Notes: generated by a model not told the origin, from the letters alone. Shown: positions 17,237-26,777, counted from the first letter of the stretch. The stretch is 64,000 nt of DNA from a bacterium CG10_46_32 (GCA_001889965.1 MOEI01000012.1:1170-65169); one strand, 5' to 3'. Numbers and translations are program-made.

Positions 17237-17533
17237 TTAGAGACCAGTAAAATTACTCAAAGCATAAATCATAACTAAAGCGTAAAGTGCGTACAACACC
17301 AACCCAAGACCCATAATAAAAAAAATAATTCGGCTCGTATTGCTCTCGAAATCAAAACGCTTTGCATTGATACGTACTAAATAAATTCCCGCCACCAGAA
17401 CAATAATAATCAAACCATATATAATTTTACTCCTAAGTTGAAAATCAAATATTCCAAATATGTACTTGTTAGCTAGATAAAGTACCACAACGAATAAGAC
17501 CGCGATTAAATTTTTATGTATCTTTTTTATCAT
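17237..17533 (-). CDS. small 3-TM protein, cassette partner 1
   Basis: 98 aa with three hydrophobic helices, ending SNFTGL. It starts 12 nt after the stop of the large protein. Confidence 0.65.
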   Translation of the reverse strand: MIKKIHKNLIAVLFVVVLYLANKYIFGIFDFQLRSKIIYGLIIIVLVAGIYLVRINAKRFDFESNTSRIIFFIMGLGLVLYALYALVMIYALSNFTGL

Positions 17534-17545
17534 AATCCAACTTAC

Positions 17546-20500
17546 TTAATAAACAAAACTTCTTAAAATATTCCAATCCAACGTAGAACATGGGAGCTTG
17601 CCGTAGATCTCAATAAATCGCTCTATCCCTTGTCGCTCGGCATCTAGATCCCGCTTATCCGGCCGCAGACCGTAGGCAACCGTTATAATAGATTTCTCAT
17701 CATTCATACCCACATCTTTTGCTTTTCGCTCGGCGGCACCGCTTCGCTGAATTGGCGCTTGGTTGGTTGCAATTCGAATCACGTCATTCCAGTCTTCGCT
17801 TGTTGTGGGGAGGATGCCAAATGCCGCTTTATAGGAATACAGTACTCCGGCGCGCTCTCCGGTTCCAAGTTTTTGCGTGCTCTTGGTGCCATATGTGATA
17901 AAGTTGATGCCTGCCTGGTTCAAGCGAAGTGATCGGCCGTATTTTTGAGCTGTTTCCTGCTCCGAAAAAAAATTCCGTTCCAAACTAAGATAATCCAATA
18001 ACGTTTCAATATCACCATCGTGGAGAGCAGCCAGAATATCATCTTGCGTATACTGCTCGCTCTGTGCACGCTCTATTTTTACGCCAAGCACTTCCGGAGT
18101 TGAGGCAGATCCTGAATCAAGTCCAGGATGACGATTTGGCTCTTGAGTATTCTCATCTTGCGATTTGCCGGCAGGCGCGGCAGGTGTCGGCACAATAATG
18201 ACAGCCGGAGAATAAACATTGATCGTTTGAGTGTGGTAATCTTCCAGATTCCCTACTCTGTCCTTTGACCGGTACAGTACTGTATTATCGCCTATAGTGG
18301 TAAGTATAACCTGATTTTCGTAAGCGTGCCACGTGCTCCCGTTATCAAGACTATATTCTGTTTTTAAAACTCCAGAATTATCATCACTTGCCAAAAGCTC
18401 AAACGCGGCGGAAGACGCTCCACCAGAAACACTGATAGTAGTGGTTGGTTTTGTTATGTCCCCAGCCTGTGTACTGTTGAGGACCGCTGCCGCAGTAACC
18501 GGCGCAAAACTTCCCGTACCATTCGTATCCACCTGTAACGTGGTTCCACTAACGTCCGATGACAACGCTACCTGTGCACTGGTTGATTGATTCACTGGAA
18601 CATCAGTGTAATACGCAGTTTCGATGACCTGGTTGTTCACAACCTTGGAAACATACAGGCTGAATGTACCACTTCCGGTGCCGTCATGTTGAATATTGTA
18701 AGATGTAGAATCCGTGTTCGGTATAAAGATAAATTTATTATCTCCAATCTGCTCATAGGTTGCGCCTGGGATATTCAATTCAATATCTCCATTTTCGTCT
18801 GGACCGACATGGTTGCCGTTTGCATCATACACGTTTAAATTGACCGGACTGTGCACAGATACGACCTGACCGTTGAATACACACTGGCTGATGTCTTGAG
18901 AAATATCCGGCAATGACGAAGTGTCTAGCGTGCCGGTGATGATCTCTGTAATTAACTGCTTAATACTTGACTGGCTCGGCATGGTTGCGTGTTCAACGCC
19001 AATTGCATAAAATGTTTTGTTTGCCTGTATATCAATAGCAGTCGCGCTATCCAACGGAACTGTTCCGTCGCCTGCTACAAACTCAACACCATATTCTACT
19101 TTAACAAGTTCCTGGTTCCGGATGATAATTTTGCCGAGAGTTGCAGTGTCGCACCCCACAATATTATAGGCATCCATTCCAGTAGTATTAAAATCGTCCA
19201 AAGCATTGCTATGAAGATCATCTGCGCTCTGAACAAGAGAAAAGTTTAAGCCCTGGTTGACCAGATAATTATTTACCTCGTCATAAGTGTGGCTTTTTGG
19301 AATAGCTAGATTATAAAAGTATTTTCCGATTTCAGATATATATAGACTACTAGGCAACAACTGGTAAACTGACGCCATATTCTTTGTGATGCTTTTTATT
19401 TCAAGTTGGTTCATTATTAGACCCATACCCAAATTATCACCATACAGTAATACCTTTGCTGATTTAGGTGACCCTAAATGTGGCGTACCGACAAAGATCA
19501 TTTTATTAACTCTCGACGAAGAATTATCAAGAATATATTGTTTCAAAACTAGACCACCCATACTATGGGCGACAATATCGACTTTCTGACTACCCGTCTG
19601 TTGTATAACACTATCAATCTTATCGACTAAAAATTGACTTATTGATTGAATATTCAAACGCCAATCATAAGGGAATAAAAATAAATCAGTATTCTCCTGA
19701 TACCCAGCAGACTCAAAATCATTAATCAAACCATCCAAGTAATCAAAAATAGTACCACCAAAAATTGATGCTTTCCTAAAAATATCATCAACATAAACAG
19801 AATTATCGCTTGGAGACCCATCTTCATTCATAGACAAAGGATCCATATAGGATTCGGCGACCGAAATTGCCGTCCAAAGAAAATTTGGCCATAAAGTAAT
19901 ATCTCCTAAACCACCAAAAACTTCCTGCTTCAAAATCGTCCCGGCTATCCCCGGCACCAGAATAACAGGTACATTACGCACCTCAAACATTAACTCCCCA
20001 GACGATGGCAAGCGGACAGCAGACAACCCATCCGAAGTCTCAAAGTGGTAGGAATAGGAACCCTTAGGGAACACGCCGGCATTTGGAGTAAACTCAAACA
20101 GGCCATTGGACGACGTTGCCATAGGATACGCGCTATTGCCAACCACCAAGCGAACATACTGCGCAGAATCGCCATCAGAATCAGTAAATAAAATGCGGAA
20201 CACCGGAACATCCTGCCCTACAAAACTAATATCAGGCGATGCGCCATCAGCAGTATACCCATCCAAATCTTGGTACGATAAAACCGGCGCTTGGTTGGCG
20301 GGATCTTGGTTTGTCCAGGGGCTATAGGTTACATTCCCCACAATCACATCCCCGGTTCCAGAAGGATTGGACGCAATGGTCGGGCCGGAAGAACTGCCCC
20401 ACCAATTGTTCGTCATATCCAACGGGTCGTCGCCGGAGTAGAAAACCGCACTTTCTGAATTATCGTAAAAACTGGAACCTACAATAGACACGTGCGCTGG

Positions 20501-21217
20501 CACTACCGCGCCGCCGACGGCCAGCATGCCAATTTTATTGCCATAGAACAGCGTATCAACTACCGTCGTAAATGCGTCATTCTGTAATCGAAAGCCGGTT
20601 TGGGCGTTATCCCGAACCACAGAGTCCGCGATTGAAATAGTACTGCCAGTTGTGATGTTTTTGATACCCTCCCACACACTCTGTTCAATCACTGAGTGGT
20701 TCAGCGTAACTTCGCCGCCGGTTACCAACAGCATGGGCCAATTTGACTTGCCTCCATACCGGATAATGACATACTCTGCGTCCAACCTACCACTGACTGA
20801 CATCCGAAACCAATCCCCAGGAGAAGGCAGGGTCTCATTGCCGTCACTATTAGTATCTCCGCCGTACTCGTCGTCTTTTATGGAAGTGAACACCACTGGA
20901 GCAGATTCAATTCCGGCAATAATGAGCGTGCCGTCAATAAAAATCTGGAACTGCAATCCGGTCGGCATCTTGATAACTACCCCGGGTTCAATAGTAACCG
21001 TTGTATTAGCTGCCACTTTGATGGTTGTTGTCTGCGCGATATAGGGGCTGTTTGCGGCAGTGAGCGTGTATCCGTCTGGAAACGTATTATTCGGAAACGC
21101 AAGCGTGGTAGCTGCATGCGCGGGCGCAACCCACGCCAACGCGCACACAAAAAACACAGCAACAAAAATAATACTGTGCTGGATTGGTTTGATGATGTCT
21201 ATACTATGTCCCTCCAT
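17546..21217 (-). CDS. large secreted multidomain protein: signal peptide, right-handed beta-helix, LCAT/PGAP1-like alpha/beta-hydrolase (lipase), Ig-like domains, C-terminal tandem-repeat domain
   Basis: The signal peptide IIFVAVFFVCALAWVAPAHA follows the ATG at 21217. Beta-helix-type repeats follow. Lipase motifs are VILVPGIAGT, FPYDWRL and IVAHSMGG (GxSxG). An OmpL47-like segment (DDNSGVLKTEYSLDNGSTW) follows. The C-terminus has two repeats of about 45 aa with YG..ER.G....F...[FY]G.LP....DW. Confidence 0.85.
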   Translation of the reverse strand: MEGHSIDIIKPIQHSIIFVAVFFVCALAWVAPAHAATTLAFPNNTFPDGYTLTAANSPYIAQTTTIKVAANTTVTIEPGVVIKMPTGLQFQIFIDGTLIIAGIESAPVVFTSIKDDEYGGDTNSDGNETLPSPGDWFRMSVSGRLDAEYVIIRYGGKSNWPMLLVTGGEVTLNHSVIEQSVWEGIKNITTGSTISIADSVVRDNAQTGFRLQNDAFTTVVDTLFYGNKIGMLAVGGAVVPAHVSIVGSSFYDNSESAVFYSGDDPLDMTNNWWGSSSGPTIASNPSGTGDVIVGNVTYSPWTNQDPANQAPVLSYQDLDGYTADGASPDISFVGQDVPVFRILFTDSDGDSAQYVRLVVGNSAYPMATSSNGLFEFTPNAGVFPKGSYSYHFETSDGLSAVRLPSSGELMFEVRNVPVILVPGIAGTILKQEVFGGLGDITLWPNFLWTAISVAESYMDPLSMNEDGSPSDNSVYVDDIFRKASIFGGTIFDYLDGLINDFESAGYQENTDLFLFPYDWRLNIQSISQFLVDKIDSVIQQTGSQKVDIVAHSMGGLVLKQYILDNSSSRVNKMIFVGTPHLGSPKSAKVLLYGDNLGMGLIMNQLEIKSITKNMASVYQLLPSSLYISEIGKYFYNLAIPKSHTYDEVNNYLVNQGLNFSLVQSADDLHSNALDDFNTTGMDAYNIVGCDTATLGKIIIRNQELVKVEYGVEFVAGDGTVPLDSATAIDIQANKTFYAIGVEHATMPSQSSIKQLITEIITGTLDTSSLPDISQDISQCVFNGQVVSVHSPVNLNVYDANGNHVGPDENGDIELNIPGATYEQIGDNKFIFIPNTDSTSYNIQHDGTGSGTFSLYVSKVVNNQVIETAYYTDVPVNQSTSAQVALSSDVSGTTLQVDTNGTGSFAPVTAAAVLNSTQAGDITKPTTTISVSGGASSAAFELLASDDNSGVLKTEYSLDNGSTWHAYENQVILTTIGDNTVLYRSKDRVGNLEDYHTQTINVYSPAVIIVPTPAAPAGKSQDENTQEPNRHPGLDSGSASTPEVLGVKIERAQSEQYTQDDILAALHDGDIETLLDYLSLERNFFSEQETAQKYGRSLRLNQAGINFITYGTKSTQKLGTGERAGVLYSYKAAFGILPTTSEDWNDVIRIATNQAPIQRSGAAERKAKDVGMNDEKSIITVAYGLRPDKRDLDAERQGIERFIEIYGKLPCSTLDWNILRSFVY

Positions 21218-21251
21218 AATATAGTTACTGTACGCCCATGCTCCTAAAAAA

Positions 21252-21294
21252 TCAAACAAAAAAACACCCCCGGCCGTTATGTGACGACCGGGGG
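21252..21294 (-). terminator. intrinsic terminator of the 21338-22150 gene
   Basis: On the minus strand: cccccggtcg-tcacataa-cggccggggg followed by tgtttttttgttt. Confidence 0.65.
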
Positions 21295-21337
21295 ATAAAA
21301 GTCATCGAGACCTTTCCTCCTTGTTGTGCGCTATGCA

Positions 21338-22150
21338 CTACCCCTCTGCATCCTCGCTTGATGCAACTCCAGACCACAGTACCAATTCATCTTCGACAAG
21401 CTGGCCGTAGTAGGGCTGGTGTGGCATATCCGGCACTACACTGAACAAGTAGCTACCCTCGCTACCGGAAACCGTCACGCAACCCCACATATCAGGACCA
21501 GGCGTGGCATCGTGAAAGATGATGTCCATCGGATCCACGTGTTCCTGCTCTATGATGGCAAGGACAATGGGTATACTGTCCTCCCACTGGTACCTGTTGC
21601 CAGCTGCAACCTTAGCAAACAAGCACGTGCCGTGATCCAGGAATGTATAGAGTGCAAAACTACAGTCATCATGCAAGTTGGAAGATGCGGGATCTTGATA
21701 CGCAACCTCACGAAACTCAATTGGCCGAGTAGAACCCTTGGAAACTTTGAGCTCCTCTTGTGCGCTGATCTTTTTGAGTAATCCCGCGAATGCCTCCTGA
21801 ATACGCAAGCTACACCGTTCCCACGTGAATCCAGAAACCACGAACGGCGTTTCTTCGTCCACATCGCAGTACACAGTGAGCATGCGGTACCACGATTCAT
21901 CTGGCGTGATTGTTTCGTGCACACGCCGCGTGCATAGTTCAAAAAACACCGTCTCGGAAACATCGAGCCCCTCAACTTGAGCGAGATTTTCCACCACAAT
22001 GGTGGGGTCGTATGAATTCTCCATCCAGCACTCAAGCACATACACACACTCGCCTCCCTGTGCAACATACCAACCGCTGCCCATTACTTCAACACAATAG
22101 TCAGGGCTTTCTGCGGCAAGTATCGTAAAATACTTTGGCCAGCCTTCCAT
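21338..22150 (-). CDS. acidic cytoplasmic hypothetical protein (270 aa)
   Basis: Strong SD (AAGGAGGG) 6 nt upstream of the ATG, and its own terminator. No recognisable motif. It is visibly GC-richer than the neighbouring array. Confidence 0.6.
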   Translation of the reverse strand: MEGWPKYFTILAAESPDYCVEVMGSGWYVAQGGECVYVLECWMENSYDPTIVVENLAQVEGLDVSETVFFELCTRRVHETITPDESWYRMLTVYCDVDEETPFVVSGFTWERCSLRIQEAFAGLLKKISAQEELKVSKGSTRPIEFREVAYQDPASSNLHDDCSFALYTFLDHGTCLFAKVAAGNRYQWEDSIPIVLAIIEQEHVDPMDIIFHDATPGPDMWGCVTVSGSEGSYLFSVVPDMPHQPYYGQLVEDELVLWSGVASSEDAEG

Positions 22151-22311
22151 AGCAACCCTCCTTAGTAATGGCGGTGGCAGTGCTATTAAAATAAAGGTAC
22201 TACTAGTACTATACGCTTTCCGCTCTAGGACGCAATTCCAAGTTACCCACTGCTTGGATTGACACCATCCCCCAATAGCAGTATGCTAACTCCTTACTAA
22301 AAAATAAACGC

Positions 22312-23445
22312 ATGCCCATCGACACTATCCAGCAGATCGTTAAAACGATTCAAGCGAAAAAACATATTTTAGTCACCACCAGAGCGAACCCAAGCGGCGA
22401 TGCCGTTGCCAGTGCTCTGGCTTTTTGTTTAATCGCAAAACGCATGGGAAAACGCGTGTCCATTGCAATTGATTGCCAAGAATTTGGCCTGCCCGGACAT
22501 CTGCATTTTTTACCGGGGTACGATTCCATAGAAACAATGCTTGCAAAACAATCCGAGATGGTTCTTGAGTTTGATTTGAACCACGATTCCATCCGCGGAC
22601 TAACCTACGAGGTGCGGAATAACAAACTCATGATTCGCATCTTTCCAACTCAAACAGGCATCACCTTAAGCGCGCCGCGCGCGCGCGAAGCACACTACCC
22701 GTACGATTTAATAGCAGTGGTTGATGCGTGTGATTTGGAATCTTTGGGAAGCATATACGAAGAGCACACGGAATTCTTTTACCATACCCCAATCATCAAC
22801 ATCGACCACCAACCCGAAAACGAATACTTTGGAGAACTTAACTTGGTTGAGATGACCGCAGTAGCCACCACGGAAATTTTGTTCTCGCTTGCGGAAAAGC
22901 TTGCATCCAATCCTTTGGATGCGCCGCTTGCCACGTGCTTACTTGCGGGAATCATCCACGAGAGCCGGAGCTTCCAAACTCAAAACATTACCCCACACAC
23001 CTTGGCGATTGCGAGCGAGCTTATGACCATGGGCGCGGACCGATCGCAAATCATCCAAAATCTTTTTTACAACAAACCAATATCCGCGCTCCAATTGTGG
23101 GGCCGTTTGCTTGCGAACATGGAAACAAGCGACAAACCAAGCATGGCATGGGCAGTGGTTACGCAGGAAGATTTTGAGCACACACATACCAATGAACATG
23201 ATTTGGTAAGCCTGCTTGATGACTTGCTCCAGCACGCACCCCAAACTGACGTGGTTGCCATTCTCTACCCGAGCCAAGATGCGTGGAAAGCTATTGTGCA
23301 CACGCACAAACCATCTATTGACCTGCGACACGCATTAGGAAGACTAGAACCTTCCGGAAGCAGGAAACTGGTAACACTGGAACTTATGGTCCGATCCGCA
23401 CATGAGGCCACTGAAATCATCAAACAATCTCTGTTGCAAAATTGA
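22312..23445 (+). CDS. DHH-family phosphoesterase (second NrnA-like paralog, divergent motifs)
   Basis: Overall DHH/DHHA1 layout, with NIDHQPEN in place of DHH and an N-terminal NPSGDAVASALA. Confidence 0.75.
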   Translation: MPIDTIQQIVKTIQAKKHILVTTRANPSGDAVASALAFCLIAKRMGKRVSIAIDCQEFGLPGHLHFLPGYDSIETMLAKQSEMVLEFDLNHDSIRGLTYEVRNNKLMIRIFPTQTGITLSAPRAREAHYPYDLIAVVDACDLESLGSIYEEHTEFFYHTPIINIDHQPENEYFGELNLVEMTAVATTEILFSLAEKLASNPLDAPLATCLLAGIIHESRSFQTQNITPHTLAIASELMTMGADRSQIIQNLFYNKPISALQLWGRLLANMETSDKPSMAWAVVTQEDFEHTHTNEHDLVSLLDDLLQHAPQTDVVAILYPSQDAWKAIVHTHKPSIDLRHALGRLEPSGSRKLVTLELMVRSAHEATEIIKQSLLQN

Positions 23446-23476
23446 TTTTTGAGCATAAGTGCGCTATGGTTTGATT

Positions 23477-23552
23477 GGGCCCGTAGCTCAGGGGTTAGAG
23501 CACCACTCTTATAAGGTGGCCGTCGGTGGTTCGATTCCACCCGGGCCTACCA
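23477..23552 (+). tRNA. tRNA-Ile with anticodon UAU (CCA encoded)
   Basis: Hand-folded cloverleaf: acceptor gggcccg/cgggcct, anticodon stem ccact/ggtgg, loop c-t-TAT-a-a, T-loop ttcgatt. The body closely resembles bacterial tRNA-Ile. Confidence 0.85.
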
Positions 23553-23694
23553 CGTCTTAGTCGGATTACAGTCTCCGTATCCGAGCAAAGCTCGGCTACT
23601 CCGGCTTCCATCCGCCTACTCCTTTCAGATTTTCTGTTAACTGAGCAATAGCTCAGCCCAACAGAAAATCTGTGAACGGCCCAAGAAAAAATCT
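23553..23694 (-). ncRNA. tRNA-adjacent conserved element, copy C (minus strand, 3' end abuts the 3' end of tRNA-Ile)
   Basis: It shares AGATTTTCT.TT(G)GG, AGGAGTAGGCGG, the hairpin CCGAG-ctttg-CTCGG and the terminal CCGACTAAGACG with the copies at 50162-50300 and 53417-53549. Confidence 0.4.
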
Positions 23695-23750
23695 AAAAAA
23701 TACAAAGGCCAGTCATACACTGGCTTTTATGATATACTAAACAAAAAGGT

Positions 23751-25250
23751 ATGAACCCTCAATTCCCAAAACTCACAGCTTTTCCAGCGCTTGCGTCTTT
23801 GGTTGAGGAATTCCCCAAAACCGAAGTATTTTTGGTTGGTGGCGCGGTTCGAGACACTTTGCTCGGCAAAAAAATCACTGATATCGACCTTTTGGTCAGA
23901 AACATTACCGGCGATGAGCTCGGGGATTTTTTGGCTCGCGTAGGAAGGGTGGTGTTCGCGGGAAAGCAATTCGGCGTGTGGAAGTTTAACGAAATAGGCC
24001 GCCCGCGCGAAGAAGTATATGACATTGCATTGCCGCGTACTGAATTTTCCATGCACAAGCAAGGCATCTACAAGGACTTTAAAGTGCGCACCAACCCGAG
24101 GCTACCTATTGAAGAGGATTTAAGCCGCCGCGACTTTACCATAAATGCCATGGCCTACAATTTGGTGGAAGAAAAACTGATTGATCCGCACCAAGGCCAG
24201 GAAGATTTAAAAAATAAACTAATCCGGACCGTAGGTTCGTCCAAGGAACGATTCCAGGAAGATTACTCCCGCATACTGCGCGCCATTCGATTCTCGGTTC
24301 AACTTGGGTTTGCTATTGAAAAACAAACCCTTGCAACTGCAACGCAGATGATGCCGCAGATCAACAACTCCATCGATGGAAAGCGCGTACTCCCCCATGA
24401 GGTGATCGCGGAAGAGTTTTTAAAATCCCTTGCAGCAAATCCGGCAAAAGCAATAATGCTCTGGGACAAAACCCACGCACTTAGAGAAACACTGCCCGAG
24501 ATTTTGGAAACAAAAGGCTGTGTGCAGCCCGATAACTGGCACACCGAAGGTGATGTATGGACACACACATTGATTGCGCTTTCCAAGCTTTCGAGTGAGG
24601 AGTTTAAAAAAGAGTTTAACAATGAAAAGCCGGACTTAGAACTGGTGCTTGCTGTTTTATTTCATGATGTTGGAAAGCCCTACACCATAAAGACTCCAGA
24701 AAAAGACGGGGCTGATAGAATACGGTTCGACGGACACGATGAAGTTGGCGCCAAAGTCACCAAAGAAGCGCTGGATCGGATACGCATCTCAGCTCCTCCG
24801 GGAGTAGGTGTTTCTGCGGATCACGTGGCATGGATGATCAGCCACCATATGCTCCTGGTGCATGGCAAGCCAGAAACATTGCGAGCAGACACCATTGAAA
24901 AATATTTTTTTAGCCATCGGTGGCCTTCGCGGAACTTTTTAAAACTCTTGTACGTGGATGGGATTGCAACCATTGGGCACGATGGCAATGGCATGACTAA
25001 TTTGTATGATACGCTCAAAGAGCGCATCACTGAGATAAAAAAGAAAACCGGAAGCCATGGCACAAAACTTGTTAAGCCACTGCTTACGGGCAAAGACGTA
25101 ATGGACACGCTCCACAGGGAACCAGGCCCTACCATAGGAACTATTCTACAAGAAATTCGCGCCAAGCAGCTTTCTGGAGACCTCACCTCTAAAGCTGATG
25201 CATTGGAGTACTTAAAAAACGTATCGCAACAAACAACGCCTAGAACTTGA
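23751..25250 (+). CDS. cca: CCA-adding tRNA nucleotidyltransferase / poly(A) polymerase family protein with HD domain
   Basis: VGGAVRDTLLGKKITDIDLLV, RRDFTINAM and the HD region LFHDVGKP. Confidence 0.85.
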   Translation: MNPQFPKLTAFPALASLVEEFPKTEVFLVGGAVRDTLLGKKITDIDLLVRNITGDELGDFLARVGRVVFAGKQFGVWKFNEIGRPREEVYDIALPRTEFSMHKQGIYKDFKVRTNPRLPIEEDLSRRDFTINAMAYNLVEEKLIDPHQGQEDLKNKLIRTVGSSKERFQEDYSRILRAIRFSVQLGFAIEKQTLATATQMMPQINNSIDGKRVLPHEVIAEEFLKSLAANPAKAIMLWDKTHALRETLPEILETKGCVQPDNWHTEGDVWTHTLIALSKLSSEEFKKEFNNEKPDLELVLAVLFHDVGKPYTIKTPEKDGADRIRFDGHDEVGAKVTKEALDRIRISAPPGVGVSADHVAWMISHHMLLVHGKPETLRADTIEKYFFSHRWPSRNFLKLLYVDGIATIGHDGNGMTNLYDTLKERITEIKKKTGSHGTKLVKPLLTGKDVMDTLHREPGPTIGTILQEIRAKQLSGDLTSKADALEYLKNVSQQTTPRT

Positions 25251-25284
25251 TTTGATGCGTGTTCTCCTGTATAACACATAGATT

Positions 25285-26196
25285 ATGAAACTTATTGTTG
25301 AATCAACTGACACGCTCGACCGCTTGGACAAATTTCTTTCGGCAAAACTCCCAGAGAGCACGCGCTCGTTTATCCAAAAGCAGATTAAAAGCGGCAGTGT
25401 AACTATAAACGGAGAGCCAGCAAGCCCCAACCAAAAGCCCAAAGCTGGCGATGTTATTGAAATTGAAAAACTAAAAGCCCTAGAGCCAGATATCTCACCT
25501 AACGCAGCTGTAACATTTACTGTGATTGATGAGACTCCGGAATATATGGTAATAGAAAAGCCCGCTGGATTAGTAGTGCACCCAGCACTTGGCATTCATG
25601 AACCCACCTTAGTAAATGGATTACTTGCCAAGTATCCGAAGCTTGTAGGAGTGGGCGAAGATCCATTGCGTCCGGGTATTGTGCATAGGCTTGATAGAGA
25701 TGTCTCGGGCTTGATGGTAATCGCGCGCGCACAAAAAATGTTTGAACACTTAAAACAGCAGTTCAAAGAACGCATCATGAGTAAAGGGTACATTGCCTTG
25801 GTGCATGGAGTGATTCATGAGGAAAATGGAGTCATTGATACCCCGATTGGACGCTCGCAAACAAAGACTGGTAAAATGGCCGCACACACGCAGATGCAAG
25901 AAGGTGACAGGGATGCAAAAACCGAGTACACTGTGGAAAAGCGCTTCACCCACAACACGCTGCTTTCCGTAAAAATCCACACTGGCCGCAGCCATCAAAT
26001 CCGTGTGCACCTTAATTCAATCGAACATCCCATTGTTGGGGATAGGCTCTACACCAACAAGCGCGTTAAACACAAGGATCTGGGCCGCATTTTTCTGCAC
26101 GCAGCGCAACTCGCATTTGAGGATTTAAACGGCGAACAACGCGAGTACGAATCCAAACTTCCAAAAGAACTTAATGACTTTGTATCATCACTATGA
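25285..26196 (+). CDS. RluA-family pseudouridine synthase (RluD-like, S4 domain + catalytic HRLDRDVSGLMV)
   Basis: The S4-like N-terminus and the motifs HRLDRDVSG and HTGRSHQIRVH. Confidence 0.9.
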   Translation: MKLIVESTDTLDRLDKFLSAKLPESTRSFIQKQIKSGSVTINGEPASPNQKPKAGDVIEIEKLKALEPDISPNAAVTFTVIDETPEYMVIEKPAGLVVHPALGIHEPTLVNGLLAKYPKLVGVGEDPLRPGIVHRLDRDVSGLMVIARAQKMFEHLKQQFKERIMSKGYIALVHGVIHEENGVIDTPIGRSQTKTGKMAAHTQMQEGDRDAKTEYTVEKRFTHNTLLSVKIHTGRSHQIRVHLNSIEHPIVGDRLYTNKRVKHKDLGRIFLHAAQLAFEDLNGEQREYESKLPKELNDFVSSL

Positions 26197-26777
26197 ACCA
26201 TACAACAAACTTGGTTATTATCTCCGGCCCATCGGGAGGCGGTGAAGACAGTGTTATTGAAAGCCTGATAAAACGAGGCTTGCCCATTGAGCGTGTCGTG
26301 ACCACGGTTGACCGGCCCATGCGGCCTGGAGAATCAGAAGGCCACCCCTACTATTTTAAATCCAGAAAAGAAATAGACAGCATGATTGCAAACGATGAAT
26401 TTGCAGAACGGGCCGAAGTGTACGGCTCTAAACGCGGCGCAACCAAAAAAGAATTGGAACGCGTAATGGCGCTTAAAAACAAAATTGGAATCTGGAAAAT
26501 GGATTGGAAAGGTTCACAAACCGCCAAAAAAGAATACCCAGACGCGCTTGCCATTTTCATCACTGCCGAAAATATCGACAAACTCATTGAGCGCCTCAAA
26601 AAACGCGGAGATGCACCAGAGTATATCCAATCCCGCATTGAGTACACCAAGGAGTACTACGACAATAAGGGTATTTACGACTACGAAGTGATCAACGAGG
26701 AAGGCAAACTCGAACAAACCGTGGATAAAGTGATTGCTATCCTTAAAAAAGAAAGCTATCTTGACAATAACATCTGA
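26193..26777 (+). CDS. guanylate kinase-like protein with non-canonical P-loop
   Basis: GK fold motifs (VTTVDRPMRPGESEGHPYYF and a laterally conserved YG..RGAT). The P-loop reads GPSGGGED instead of GxxGxGK[ST]. Confidence 0.7.
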   Translation: MNHTTNLVIISGPSGGGEDSVIESLIKRGLPIERVVTTVDRPMRPGESEGHPYYFKSRKEIDSMIANDEFAERAEVYGSKRGATKKELERVMALKNKIGIWKMDWKGSQTAKKEYPDALAIFITAENIDKLIERLKKRGDAPEYIQSRIEYTKEYYDNKGIYDYEVINEEGKLEQTVDKVIAILKKESYLDNNI

